The notes under the pieces are model-generated. The model was not told the origin of the DNA and did not search any database. It saw only the letters and a program-made list of their open reading frames with translations. Positions 1-8,553 of a stretch of DNA of 32,000 nucleotides are shown piece by piece. Numbering within the stretch: the stretch's first letter is position 1; every line of letters starts with the position of its first letter. The stretch comes from Xylanibacter ruminicola 23 (lineage in GTDB: Bacteria > Bacteroidota > Bacteroidia > Bacteroidales > Bacteroidaceae): positions 90,001-122,000 of the forward strand of contig NC_014033.1 in the NCBI RefSeq assembly GCF_000025925.1. The letters are read 5' to 3'. The position numbers and the translations under genes were made by a program.

Positions 1-1132
1 GGAAGAACGGACGCATATGGGTCAGGGTCGACTTAGGCTCGTTAAAGAACTCGTAGGGATGGCGTAATCCTTCGGCAAACGGATCGTCGATAAAGTGGGT
101 AATGAGCTCGTCGAAACCCATTTTGCTTTCTATCACGCTCATCTCGCGATAGAAGGTAACCTCGCGTTTCTCGAACGAGGTGCGGAAAAAATGCATGTCA
201 ACATTCTCCATCAGGTATTTCAGCTCTGTCTCGTACTGTTCGATGGCCTGGTTGGTACGTTGCAGCGATGCTTCGTTCTCCTTGTCCTGCTGGTATAGCT
301 CACGTTCCTGGGTAACATCTCGCATATACAGTGTGAAGAACTCCAATTGGTGATCTTCATTGAAAATGGGATGTATTCTTATTTCTGAATAACAGTTCAC
401 GCCACGCTCATACATCACTGTCTTGGTGCAGAAGTAGAGGTCGTCGGTAAGATCCTTTCGTAGAATATAACGGAAGGTTGGCAACTCAAACAGACTGTAG
501 CGATGATAGAATGGGTCGTCTTCTGTCTTAAACTTCAGTATCTCGCGCAACTTGTGGTTGGCTGTTAGCAGATGGCCATCCTTGTCGTAGAAAGCCTGCC
601 CCACGATGCTCTGTTCAAACAGTTTGCGATAGCGGTCGGTTAGTTCCCGTTCTTCCTTTTCGGTCAGTATCTGGTCGGTCTGGTCGTCCAGAATACAGTA
701 AAAATTGATTGGCGTTTTCTTGTCATCATAGTCGTATTCCACAATACCTATATCGTGAATATAGCGCCATTGTTCTTCATGCTTGTCCAAACTGCTATCC
801 CATCTGAAGATACACTCCGATGATTCGGCACCTTTTACTAACCGAATAATAAACTCGCTATAGAAATGACGGTCGTCGGGGTGTATGTATTCCAGACTCT
901 GTTCGAAAGTCATACCGTTGGCAGGCAGGAAATCGCCATATAGGTTATAGGCCAGGTGGTTTTGCAGTTTGAGTCGTACCACATAGTTGTTGTCGTTTAG
1001 TGTGCGTTGCATGATGGTAGCCATATCCTTGGCTCTCCAGGTATTCTTTCGAATGCTGTAGAGTGTAATGCGGTTCAATATCATGCCTATGATAATCACC
1101 ACCAGGGTTAATATAACTATCAGTATCTGCAT
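1..1132 (-). CDS. PAS-domain sensor protein. Only the N-terminal 377 codons are present (gene runs off the left edge). Paralog of the kinase-like gene immediately upstream.
   Basis: Hand translation of the reverse strand from ATG (1132..1130) stays open to position 1: MQILIVILTLVVIIIGMILNRITLYSIRKN...YMRDVTQERELYQQDKENE... It has one N-terminal hydrophobic helix, then PAS-like modules and a coiled-coil-like linker, the same layout as ORF 1134..3170. It is missing from the ORF track because it has no stop codon in the window. Confidence 0.7.
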   Translation of the reverse strand, partial: MQILIVILTLVVIIIGMILNRITLYSIRKNTWRAKDMATIMQRTLNDNNYVVRLKLQNHLAYNLYGDFLPANGMTFEQSLEYIHPDDRHFYSEFIIRLVKGAESSECIFRWDSSLDKHEEQWRYIHDIGIVEYDYDDKKTPINFYCILDDQTDQILTEKEERELTDRYRKLFEQSIVGQAFYDKDGHLLTANHKLREILKFKTEDDPFYHRYSLFELPTFRYILRKDLTDDLYFCTKTVMYERGVNCYSEIRIHPIFNEDHQLEFFTLYMRDVTQERELYQQDKENEASLQRTNQAIEQYETELKYLMENVDMHFFRTSFEKREVTFYREMSVIESKMGFDELITHFIDDPFAEGLRHPYEFFNEPKSTLTHMRPFF

Positions 1133-1133
1133 A

Positions 1134-3170
1134 CTATATCACTATTTTTCTTTCAAAGTCAATCATCTCGCAGGGCAGGGCGATAAAGAACGAGCTACCC
1201 TTGTCGGGTTCCGACAGCACATCGATGGTACCGCCCATCTGTTCTATCATCTCTTTTACGATAGGCAGGTCCAGTCCTGTGCCAATGCGCTTGTTCTTGC
1301 CATCGCTTACAAAGCGGTCGAACATCTTGGTGGCATCTTCCAGGTCCATACCGCCATCTGTGCTGTCAACAATCACAATCAGCTCGTCGTGCAGGTATTC
1401 GTATCTTGATTTGATAAGTCCCTCGTTGGTACTCAAACCTACATAGTTACACAACTTCTCGATGGCAATACCCAAGTTGTGCTTATCAATTTTTACACGA
1501 AGCGATTTATAGGAGTTGTTGATGATCTTTCTGGCATCATTGCTCGTCTCGCTCCAACCATGCTGGCACCAACTGTCGAACAAGGTGGCAAAGTCGTGCA
1601 CCTCGTAATTGTATTCTATCATGTGGGCATCCAGACGCGATATGAACAGGATATCGTTAATCAGGTTCAACAGCACATCTGTGTTCTTCTTGATTTCGTT
1701 GGCAAATATCGGCTCGTCTTCCAGGCTATGCTCTGTTTTGAACAAGTCGGCAAAACCAATCACTGCGTGTAAGGGCACGCGCAGCTCATAGCTCATGTTC
1801 AACAGGAAGGCGTTCTTCAGCTGCTCCTCTTCCTGGGCTTTGGCTGTTTCTTCCTGCAGTCGCATTTCAGTGTACGACATCTCTGTGTCGTTTCGTAGCA
1901 GACCGAAGTAATGCGTTACTATGCCATCGTGGTTGGTGATGGGCATCAGGTTAAAGTTCAAGTAAATGTCGCGTCCCTGCTTGTCGGGCAGTTTGGTATG
2001 CAGTGTTTCTGATATCGTGCCCAAACGTCGTTTGTCCATATGCAGAATCAAGTGCTTGGCTTTGGGACGGTCGTCGCTATGTATCAGTGCTACGGCATGT
2101 AGCTGTGCTATACGTTTACCTGTTTCGGTCAGGTCGCTCAGAATCTCCAGTTCATGGGTGTCGGGGTAGTAGTTTACCAGGCGTGCCTCACTGATTCTCA
2201 GCGAGTAGTTGATGTCTCTGATATATTGCTGTATGTCTTTGGTACGTTTCTCAATCAGCTTGCTGGCTTCCTTCTGCTTGTGTGTCGACTCTACCATCTC
2301 GGTAATGTCTCTGCCTGCTGCAATCACACCATAAAGCTGGTTGTCCTCGTTTCGGATAGGCCCTAACATCACCTCATAGTATATCTTGCCTTGGCGTGTT
2401 ACCTCGGGAACACGCTCATCGGTAGCTTTTGTCTGACTGATATCGGTAATCGACGATAGCTGGGTGTGCTCTATAGTGCGTACGTCCATCTCCCTGTACG
2501 AGGGAATATCGGTCATTTTCATCTGGCGGTCAAGCAAGGCTTGAGGGTTTTTTACACCAAATGTCTCGCAGGCTTTATCGTTCAGGTCGGCCAGATAGCC
2601 ATCTGCATCATAGTAAATCATGTCAACTAGCGACGAGTTAAATACTGTGTGGTATCTCAGCATCAGTTTTCGGGTATTCTCTGCCCTTTGCTGCTCCAGA
2701 GTAATGTCGCGCTGGGTACCTAGAATCTCGCTTGGCATGTCGTGGCGGTTCCTGTGCAGTACCGAGAGGGTTATCTCGTAGCATTTCACTAATCCGTCTT
2801 TGTTGGGTGCACTCTTCACGGTCAGTGTTTCCGATAGGGTTTCTCTGTTCTGTATGTTTGTAATGGCTTTCTGTATCTTTTTAAAGTCATCGCGGTCGTA
2901 AAGCTGTGAAAAGTCGAAAGGTGTATAGAGTGTCTCGGTCAGATCCTGTTTTGATATAACCTTAAATATATTCTTCTTGGTATGATAGGTCCAGGTGTCA
3001 GTTTTGTTGGCATCCATAATCAGTGTCAGTTGCATATTCAGCCGCTGTACTTTCCTGGTTATTTTGCGTTCGCGATAGTAGATGAGCCGATTGTATACTA
3101 CCATGCCAATAACGGATATCAAGAAAACCGCTATCAGATAAATATATATATGATTGCTGTATATAAGCAT
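1134..3170 (-). CDS. Membrane-anchored PAS sensor histidine-kinase homolog (HisKA + HATPase_c) with Tyr at the phospho-acceptor position
   Basis: 678 aa ORF with an N-terminal TM helix. PAS-type boundaries are visible (GTQRDITLEQQ, AGRDITEMVEST). The H-box reads NMSYELRVPLHAVIGF against the canonical NMSHEIRTPLNAIIGF. C-terminal ATPase motifs are present (MFDRFV, GTGLDLPIVKEMIEQMGGTI). Confidence 0.85.
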   Translation of the reverse strand: MLIYSNHIYIYLIAVFLISVIGMVVYNRLIYYRERKITRKVQRLNMQLTLIMDANKTDTWTYHTKKNIFKVISKQDLTETLYTPFDFSQLYDRDDFKKIQKAITNIQNRETLSETLTVKSAPNKDGLVKCYEITLSVLHRNRHDMPSEILGTQRDITLEQQRAENTRKLMLRYHTVFNSSLVDMIYYDADGYLADLNDKACETFGVKNPQALLDRQMKMTDIPSYREMDVRTIEHTQLSSITDISQTKATDERVPEVTRQGKIYYEVMLGPIRNEDNQLYGVIAAGRDITEMVESTHKQKEASKLIEKRTKDIQQYIRDINYSLRISEARLVNYYPDTHELEILSDLTETGKRIAQLHAVALIHSDDRPKAKHLILHMDKRRLGTISETLHTKLPDKQGRDIYLNFNLMPITNHDGIVTHYFGLLRNDTEMSYTEMRLQEETAKAQEEEQLKNAFLLNMSYELRVPLHAVIGFADLFKTEHSLEDEPIFANEIKKNTDVLLNLINDILFISRLDAHMIEYNYEVHDFATLFDSWCQHGWSETSNDARKIINNSYKSLRVKIDKHNLGIAIEKLCNYVGLSTNEGLIKSRYEYLHDELIVIVDSTDGGMDLEDATKMFDRFVSDGKNKRIGTGLDLPIVKEMIEQMGGTIDVLSEPDKGSSFFIALPCEMIDFERKIVI

Positions 3171-3202
3171 AAATTGTCCGTAAGTATGGTAGTAAACACC
3201 CG

Positions 3203-3233
3203 CAAAGATAGCTGATTTTGCGCAAATAACAAA
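3203..3233 (-). promoter_or_regulatory. Candidate Bacteroidetes-type promoter for the kinase-like gene
   Basis: The minus strand reads TTTG (3233..3230), N19, TATCTTTG (3210..3203). This lies 33 nt upstream of the ATG at 3170. Confidence 0.45.
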
Positions 3234-3259
3234 ATTTTTGAACGAAAAAAACGCATTTA

Positions 3260-3291
3260 TTTGGAAGTTTCGCAGAAAAACGTTACTTTTG
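3260..3291 (+). promoter_or_regulatory. Candidate Bacteroidetes-type promoter for frr-rsgA
   Basis: TTTG (3260..3263), N20, TACTTTTG (3284..3291). This lies 30 nt upstream of the frr ATG. Confidence 0.45.
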
Positions 3292-3321
3292 TCATCAGAA
3301 AATGACTAAAAGTACAAAAAT

Positions 3322-3882
3322 ATGGTTGACGTAAAAGAAATTTTAAACAAGAGCGAAGAGCGCATGGAAATGGCGGCTATGTACCTCGAGGAGGAGCTGA
3401 ATCGTATCCGTGCCGGCCGCGCCAACGTGGCTATTCTCGATGCTGTGCGCGTAGAAGTGTATGGCAGCAAGGTGCCCCTCAATCAGGTGGCTAACGTAAG
3501 TGTGCCCGACCCTCGTACCATTGCTATCAAGCCTTGGGATCGTAAGGAGATCCGCAATATCGAGAAGGCTATTATGGATAGCGATGTAGGTATCACTCCT
3601 GAGAATAACGGTGAGATTATCCGATTGAATATTCCTCAGCCTACTGAGGAGCGTCGTCGCGATCTTACCAAGCAGTGCAACAAGATTGCCGAGAAGGCTA
3701 AGGTTGAGGTACGTAACGTGCGTGGTGATATCAAGGATAAGCTTAAGAAAGCAATTAAGGATGGTCTGTCTGAGGACTTGGAGAAGGATGCCGAGGCTGA
3801 GCTCCAGAAGTTGCACGATAAGTTTATCAAGAAGATTGATGAGCTGATTACGGCCAAGAACAAGGAAATCATGACCGTATAA
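3322..3882 (+). CDS. frr: Ribosome recycling factor
   Basis: 186 aa, the typical length. Recognisable RRF sequence: RMEMAAMYLEEELNRIRAGRAN, PDPRTIAIKPWD, ITPENNGEIIRLNIPQPTEERRRDL. Confidence 0.96.
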   Translation: MVDVKEILNKSEERMEMAAMYLEEELNRIRAGRANVAILDAVRVEVYGSKVPLNQVANVSVPDPRTIAIKPWDRKEIRNIEKAIMDSDVGITPENNGEIIRLNIPQPTEERRRDLTKQCNKIAEKAKVEVRNVRGDIKDKLKKAIKDGLSEDLEKDAEAELQKLHDKFIKKIDELITAKNKEIMTV

Positions 3883-4812
3883 ATGCGCGGACTTGTTATT
3901 AAGAATACAGGCAGCTGGTACACCGTCTTAACCGACGATGGCCAGCTGATTGAGTGTAAGATAAAGGGTAACTTTCGATTGAAAGGTATCCGTAGTACTA
4001 ACCCTGTAGCCGTGGGCGATAGGGTAGAGATTGTACCTAACAACGAGGGTACGGCTTTTATTACCGAGATCGAGGATCGCCGTAATTACATTATCCGTAA
4101 AAGTATCAACCTCTCCAAACAGAGTCATATCCTGGCGGCTAATGTCGATCAGGCCATTTTGGTGGTTACGGTGGTTAATCCGCAGACATCCACTACCTTT
4201 ATCGATCGTTTCCTGGCTTCGGCCGAGGCTTATCGCGTGCCGGTTATCCTGGTATTTAATAAAACCGACCTGCTCGATGAAGATACACGCCGCTATCAGG
4301 AGGCGATGGTACATCTGTATCAAACCATTGGCTATGAGTGTTATCAGATTTCGGCCGAGACAGGTGCAGGTGTTGAGGCTCTGCAACCCTTGCTCAAGGA
4401 TAAGATAACCTTGCTGAGTGGTAATAGTGGCGTAGGTAAATCAACGCTTATTAACCGTTTAGTGCCTGGTGCTAGTCAGCGTACAGCCGAAATCAGCGAT
4501 GCCCATAATACGGGTCAGCATACCACCACTTTCAGTGAGATGATTCGGTTGGATGAAGGCTGGTTGATCGATACCCCAGGTATTAAGGGCTTTGGTACGT
4601 TCGATATGGAACCAGAAGAGCTTACCAGCTATTTCAAGGAGATATTCCGTTTTTCTCAGGATTGCAAATTCTCAAATTGTACCCATACCCACGAACCTGG
4701 TTGTGCTGTGCTCAAAGCACTCGAGGACCATTACATTGCCGAAAGCCGCTATCAGTCATATCTCTCGATGCTCGAGGATAAGGACGAAGGCAAATATAGA
4801 GCAGCTTATTAA
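3883..4812 (+). CDS. rsgA: Ribosome small-subunit-dependent GTPase A
   Basis: 309 aa. Circularly permuted GTPase motifs are present: [28 protein letters not shown]. There is a C-terminal zinc knuckle ([16 protein letters not shown]). The start abuts the frr stop (TAAATG). Confidence 0.94.
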   Translation: MRGLVIKNTGSWYTVLTDDGQLIECKIKGNFRLKGIRSTNPVAVGDRVEIVPNNEGTAFITEIEDRRNYIIRKSINLSKQSHILAANVDQAILVVTVVNPQTSTTFIDRFLASAEAYRVPVILVFNKTDLLDEDTRRYQEAMVHLYQTIGYECYQISAETGAGVEALQPLLKDKITLLSGNSGVGKSTLINRLVPGASQRTAEISDAHNTGQHTTTFSEMIRLDEGWLIDTPGIKGFGTFDMEPEELTSYFKEIFRFSQDCKFSNCTHTHEPGCAVLKALEDHYIAESRYQSYLSMLEDKDEGKYRAAY

Positions 4813-4822
4813 ACAAACATAA

Positions 4823-7267
4823 ATGAAAAGACTTATTACAACACAAATGCTGTTAGCCATTGGCATGATGGCTACAGCCCAAGTAAAGACGCCTGTAACC
4901 GAGTTTAATCTTGCAGGTCCTTATGCAGTTTCAGCCCCTTTTGCTATCGATACAGTTGATGTGCAGGGCAAGAAGTTCGATCCCGTTTCGCAGTTGGGTT
5001 CCATTGCTTTAACCTCTCACTTTACAGGAAAGTTCTCTGGTCAGGTCCTTCCATCGTTGCCTGATAGTAAGAGCGTAGGTTTGCTGAGTTTCTATGTTAA
5101 TAACTCCGATTTTATCAAGGGTAAGATCGAGGTGAAAGGTCCCAAGCACTCCAAGCTTTTTATCGATGGTGTTGAGGCTGGCGGTGAGTTAAAGCTTGCA
5201 CCCGAACATCACACCTTTACCATCCAGTATCTGGCCGAGCCTAAGGATACCGATTCTGTCCAGGTGGTTTTCGATACACCAACATCCATCACCTATCAGC
5301 TAACACCTAATCATCCTTATATGGTACACGATCTGACAGATGGTAAGCGCGTTCGTGGTATCAATCTTTCGGCCGATGGTCAGTTTGTTTGTGTGTCTTA
5401 TCAGACAACCGACCGTGGTGGTAATACTCGTTGGAATTATGAGTTGCGCGATGTGAAGTCTGGTCGACTGATTTCGCAGCCTTCACGCAATCCACGCTGG
5501 ATGCCAAAGAGCATCGCTTGGTTGGAAGAGGAGAAAGAGGGTAGTCATCGCGTATTATATAAGGTTGACCCCAAGACAGGTGTTCGTACGCGTTTTGCCT
5601 ATGATATCCCAGAGGGTAGCTACACGGTTTCTCCTACCGAGGATTATCTCATTTTTACACTTGAAGAAGAAGGTCCACAGGAGGATAAGGAAGTATTCGA
5701 GATTCTCGAGATGGACGATCGCCAGCCTGGTTGGCGCAAACGTAACTATCTGGCCAAATACGATATCAAAACGGGTATTACCCAGCGTATTACCTTTGGT
5801 AATAAGGGCGAGTATCTGTATGATATCTCACAGGATGGTAGTAAGCTGTTGGTTATCAGCAATCGCTCTCGTCTTACTAAGCGTCCCACCACTGTTTCTG
5901 ATGTGTTTGTGATGGATGCTCATACGTTGAAGGTTGATACGCTGCTTTCAGGTGCTGAATTCCTGGGTGGTGGTTCTTTCTCGCCAGATGGATCGCAGAT
6001 ATTGTTTGTGGGTAATCCCGAGGCCTTTAATCGTATCGGTTGCCAGTTGCCTGCCGAGGTTACACCTAGTATGACAGAGAATGAACTTTTCCTGTTTGAT
6101 ATCGCTTCAAAACAGGTTAAGCCCTTAACTAAGGATTTCGATCCTTCAATTGATGATGTCGATTGGTCGTGGGCTGATGGACAGATTTACTTCTCAGCCG
6201 AAGATCGCGATTATGTCAATATGTTTGTACTGAATCCAAAGACGGGGATCATAACAAAACTGCCTGTGAAGGGCGATTATACTTATCGTTTTAATATGGC
6301 TGCTCATGCTCCTGTACTGGCATATCTGTCGTATAAAACGATGGAGCCTGCATCGGCTTATATAGCTACTATTAAGAACGCAAAGTTCAATGCTCATAGT
6401 TCAATGTTCAATGGCAAAGAGGCACTTGGCGACGCTGAGATTGGTACCTGTCAGGATTGCAACTTCACCAACAGTAAGGGCGATACTGTTTATGGTCGTC
6501 TTTATCTGCCTAAGGATTTCGATGCCACCAAGAAGTATCCTATGATTGTTTACTATTATGGTGGTTGCTCGCCTGTGTCGCGTTATTTCGAATCTCCATA
6601 TGCGCCTCAGTATTGGAACTCTCTGGGGTATGTAGCTTATATCCTTGAGCCCAGTGGTGCTACAGGTTTTGGTCAGGAGTGGGCATCGCGCCATGTTAAT
6701 ACCGCTGGTCGTGGTCCTGCCGAGGATATCATCGAGGGAACTAAGAAAATCTGCGAGGCTCATCCATTTATTAATAAGGATAAGATTGGTTGTATGGGTG
6801 CTTCGTATGGTGGCTTTATGACCCAGTACCTGCAAACACAGACCGATATCTTTGCTGCCGCTGTTTCGCATGCCGGTATTGCCAACCACACCAGTTATTG
6901 GGGCGAGGGCTATTGGGGCTATAACTACAGCGAGGTGTCGATGGCCAATAGCTATCCTTGGAGTCATCGCCAGTTGTATGTCGATCAGAGTCCGCTGTTC
7001 AATGCCGATAAGATCCACACACCACTGTTGCTGCTCCATGGAAATGCTGATACCAACGTGCCGCTCATCGAGAGTCTGCAGATGTTTACTGCTCTGAAGC
7101 TCTTAGGACGCGAAGTATCGCTGGTTGAAGTTGAGGGTGAGAATCATCACATTCTCGACTATTCTAAGAAAGAAAAGTGGTTGGCTACCCAGATGGCGTG
7201 GTTCCAGAAGTGGCTGAAGGACGATCCCACTTGGTGGGACGCTCTCTATCCCAAGAAACATCTTTAA
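4823..7267 (+). CDS. Secreted S9-family serine peptidase (prolyl oligopeptidase / dipeptidyl-peptidase type) with an N-terminal beta-propeller region
   Basis: 814 aa with a signal peptide (MKRLITTQMLLAIGMMATAQV). The nucleophile elbow is GCMGASYGGFMT, followed by LLLHGNADTNVP (Asp) and GENHHI (His). Confidence 0.88.
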   Translation: MKRLITTQMLLAIGMMATAQVKTPVTEFNLAGPYAVSAPFAIDTVDVQGKKFDPVSQLGSIALTSHFTGKFSGQVLPSLPDSKSVGLLSFYVNNSDFIKGKIEVKGPKHSKLFIDGVEAGGELKLAPEHHTFTIQYLAEPKDTDSVQVVFDTPTSITYQLTPNHPYMVHDLTDGKRVRGINLSADGQFVCVSYQTTDRGGNTRWNYELRDVKSGRLISQPSRNPRWMPKSIAWLEEEKEGSHRVLYKVDPKTGVRTRFAYDIPEGSYTVSPTEDYLIFTLEEEGPQEDKEVFEILEMDDRQPGWRKRNYLAKYDIKTGITQRITFGNKGEYLYDISQDGSKLLVISNRSRLTKRPTTVSDVFVMDAHTLKVDTLLSGAEFLGGGSFSPDGSQILFVGNPEAFNRIGCQLPAEVTPSMTENELFLFDIASKQVKPLTKDFDPSIDDVDWSWADGQIYFSAEDRDYVNMFVLNPKTGIITKLPVKGDYTYRFNMAAHAPVLAYLSYKTMEPASAYIATIKNAKFNAHSSMFNGKEALGDAEIGTCQDCNFTNSKGDTVYGRLYLPKDFDATKKYPMIVYYYGGCSPVSRYFESPYAPQYWNSLGYVAYILEPSGATGFGQEWASRHVNTAGRGPAEDIIEGTKKICEAHPFINKDKIGCMGASYGGFMTQYLQTQTDIFAAAVSHAGIANHTSYWGEGYWGYNYSEVSMANSYPWSHRQLYVDQSPLFNADKIHTPLLLLHGNADTNVPLIESLQMFTALKLLGREVSLVEVEGENHHILDYSKKEKWLATQMAWFQKWLKDDPTWWDALYPKKHL

Positions 7268-7274
7268 TAAACAA

Positions 7275-7302
7275 AAATCCCTCGCTTACTGGCGAGGGAT
7301 TT
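7275..7302. terminator. Bidirectional hairpin terminator between convergent genes (copy 1 of a repeated element)
   Basis: Perfect 11 bp stem: AAATCCCTCGC (7275..7285) pairs with GCGAGGGATTT (7292..7302), loop TTACTG. It has A-rich and T-rich flanks and sits between the S9 peptidase stop and the mnmA stop. Confidence 0.6.
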
Positions 7303-7306
7303 ATTG

Positions 7307-8386
7307 TTAAATGGTGATTTCGCCTGAGCCTAAGCAGCGGTGATGATCCTTGTCGTAAACTACACAGAACTGACCAGGTGCCACACCGTGGATTTTATCT
7401 TTTGAGTGAACCATGCAAGTACTTGGACTTGTCCACTCTAATGTGGCCGGATGGTATTCTGGTGTGTGGCGAATCTTAAAGGTAATCTTCGTTGGCTGTA
7501 ATTCCTTAGTGAGGAAATGGAAATCGTGCACTGGGAAATCGGCCTTATAAGCTGTTTCGGGATCGTAGCCGTGCGATACATATAATATATTATTAGCCAC
7601 ATCTTTCTTAACTACAAACCAAGGACCGCCACCAAAGCCCATGCCCTTACGCTGACCAATGGTGTGGAACCACAAGCCCTTGTGTTCGCCAATGCGCTTG
7701 CCTGTTTCCAGTTCAATCACATCACCTGGTTGTTCGCCAAGATACCTGCGAATATAGTCGTTATAATTAATCTTTCCTAAGAAACAGATACCTTGCGAAT
7801 CCTTACGTTTTGCATTAACCAAATGCTCGCGTTCAGCTATCACACGCACCTCATCCTTTACATAATGACCTATTGGGAACAGGGCCTTCTTCAGCTGCCA
7901 GTCAGCTATCTGTGCCAGGAAATCAGTCTGGTCCTTCACTGGGTCAGGACTGGTGCAGAGCCACTTGTCACCATTCTCGTCTGTTTCGGTCATAGCATAG
8001 TGACCTGTTGCAATCAGGTCGTAGTCGTGACCACGCTTCTCGTCAAAGGCACCAAACTTAATCAGTCGGTTGCACATGACATCGGGATTAGGTGTTAATC
8101 CTGCACGCACTTTGTCCATGGTGTACTTAGTCACCTGGTCCCAATACTCATTATGACAATCGATAACCTCCAACTTGCATCCAAACTTATGCGATACAGC
8201 AGTAGCCATCTCCAAGTCCTCCTCGCTCGAGCAATCCCATTCTTCTTCCTCTTCCGGACCAATCTTAATATAGAAACAATCAGGATGCAGTCCCATACGA
8301 GCGAACTCGTATACGACTACACTGCTATCTACACCGCCCGAAAGCAACACTGCAATGCGCTTATTCTCAATGTCTTTTATGTTCAT
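7307..8386 (-). CDS. mnmA: tRNA-specific 2-thiouridylase (tRNA U34 2-thiolation)
   Basis: 359 aa. PP-loop motif IAVLLSGGVDSSV is present. Typical MnmA stretches are visible: RKDSQGICFLG, GQRKGMGFGGGPWFV, PGQFCVVYD. Confidence 0.94.
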   Translation of the reverse strand: MNIKDIENKRIAVLLSGGVDSSVVVYEFARMGLHPDCFYIKIGPEEEEEWDCSSEEDLEMATAVSHKFGCKLEVIDCHNEYWDQVTKYTMDKVRAGLTPNPDVMCNRLIKFGAFDEKRGHDYDLIATGHYAMTETDENGDKWLCTSPDPVKDQTDFLAQIADWQLKKALFPIGHYVKDEVRVIAEREHLVNAKRKDSQGICFLGKINYNDYIRRYLGEQPGDVIELETGKRIGEHKGLWFHTIGQRKGMGFGGGPWFVVKKDVANNILYVSHGYDPETAYKADFPVHDFHFLTKELQPTKITFKIRHTPEYHPATLEWTSPSTCMVHSKDKIHGVAPGQFCVVYDKDHHRCLGSGEITI

Positions 8387-8403
8387 GGGTGCAAAGGTAC
8401 TAA

Positions 8404-8445
8404 ATAATTGATAATTGACAATTGATAATTGATAGTTGATAGTTA
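8404..8445. repeat. Six tandem copies of a 7 bp unit (ATAATTG consensus)
   Basis: Read directly: ATAATTG ATAATTG ACAATTG ATAATTG ATAGTTG ATAGTTA. Located in the mnmA/SPFH divergent intergenic region. Confidence 0.9.
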
Positions 8446-8473
8446 AATATGGTTAATGTTTCCTCGAAATCCA

Positions 8474-8503
8474 TTGTTGATTCGAAAATAGTTCATATCT
8501 TTG
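8474..8503 (+). promoter_or_regulatory. Candidate promoter for the SPFH operon
   Basis: TTG (8474..8476), N19, TATCTTTG (8496..8503). This lies 50 nt upstream of the ATG at 8554. Confidence 0.45.
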
Positions 8504-8504
8504 C

Positions 8505-8521
8505 GATATCAAAATGATATC
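8505..8521. promoter_or_regulatory. Perfect 7-3-7 inverted repeat (operator-like) at the predicted transcription start of the SPFH operon
   Basis: GATATCA AAA TGATATC, read directly. It begins 2 nt after the -7 box. Confidence 0.4.
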
Positions 8522-8553
8522 AGATCGAATTATAAATATTAAACATTAAGATT

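Noticed and set aside
95-298. 67 aa plus-strand ORF at the left edge
   Set aside because: It lies antisense within the continuous minus-strand PAS-sensor reading frame (1..1132) and has no motifs.
8404-8445. Possible CRISPR array or minisatellite-encoded peptide, suggested by the regular repeats
   Set aside because: The units are only 7 bp and directly abut each other with no spacers. No cas genes are present. It is a simple tandem repeat in a promoter region.
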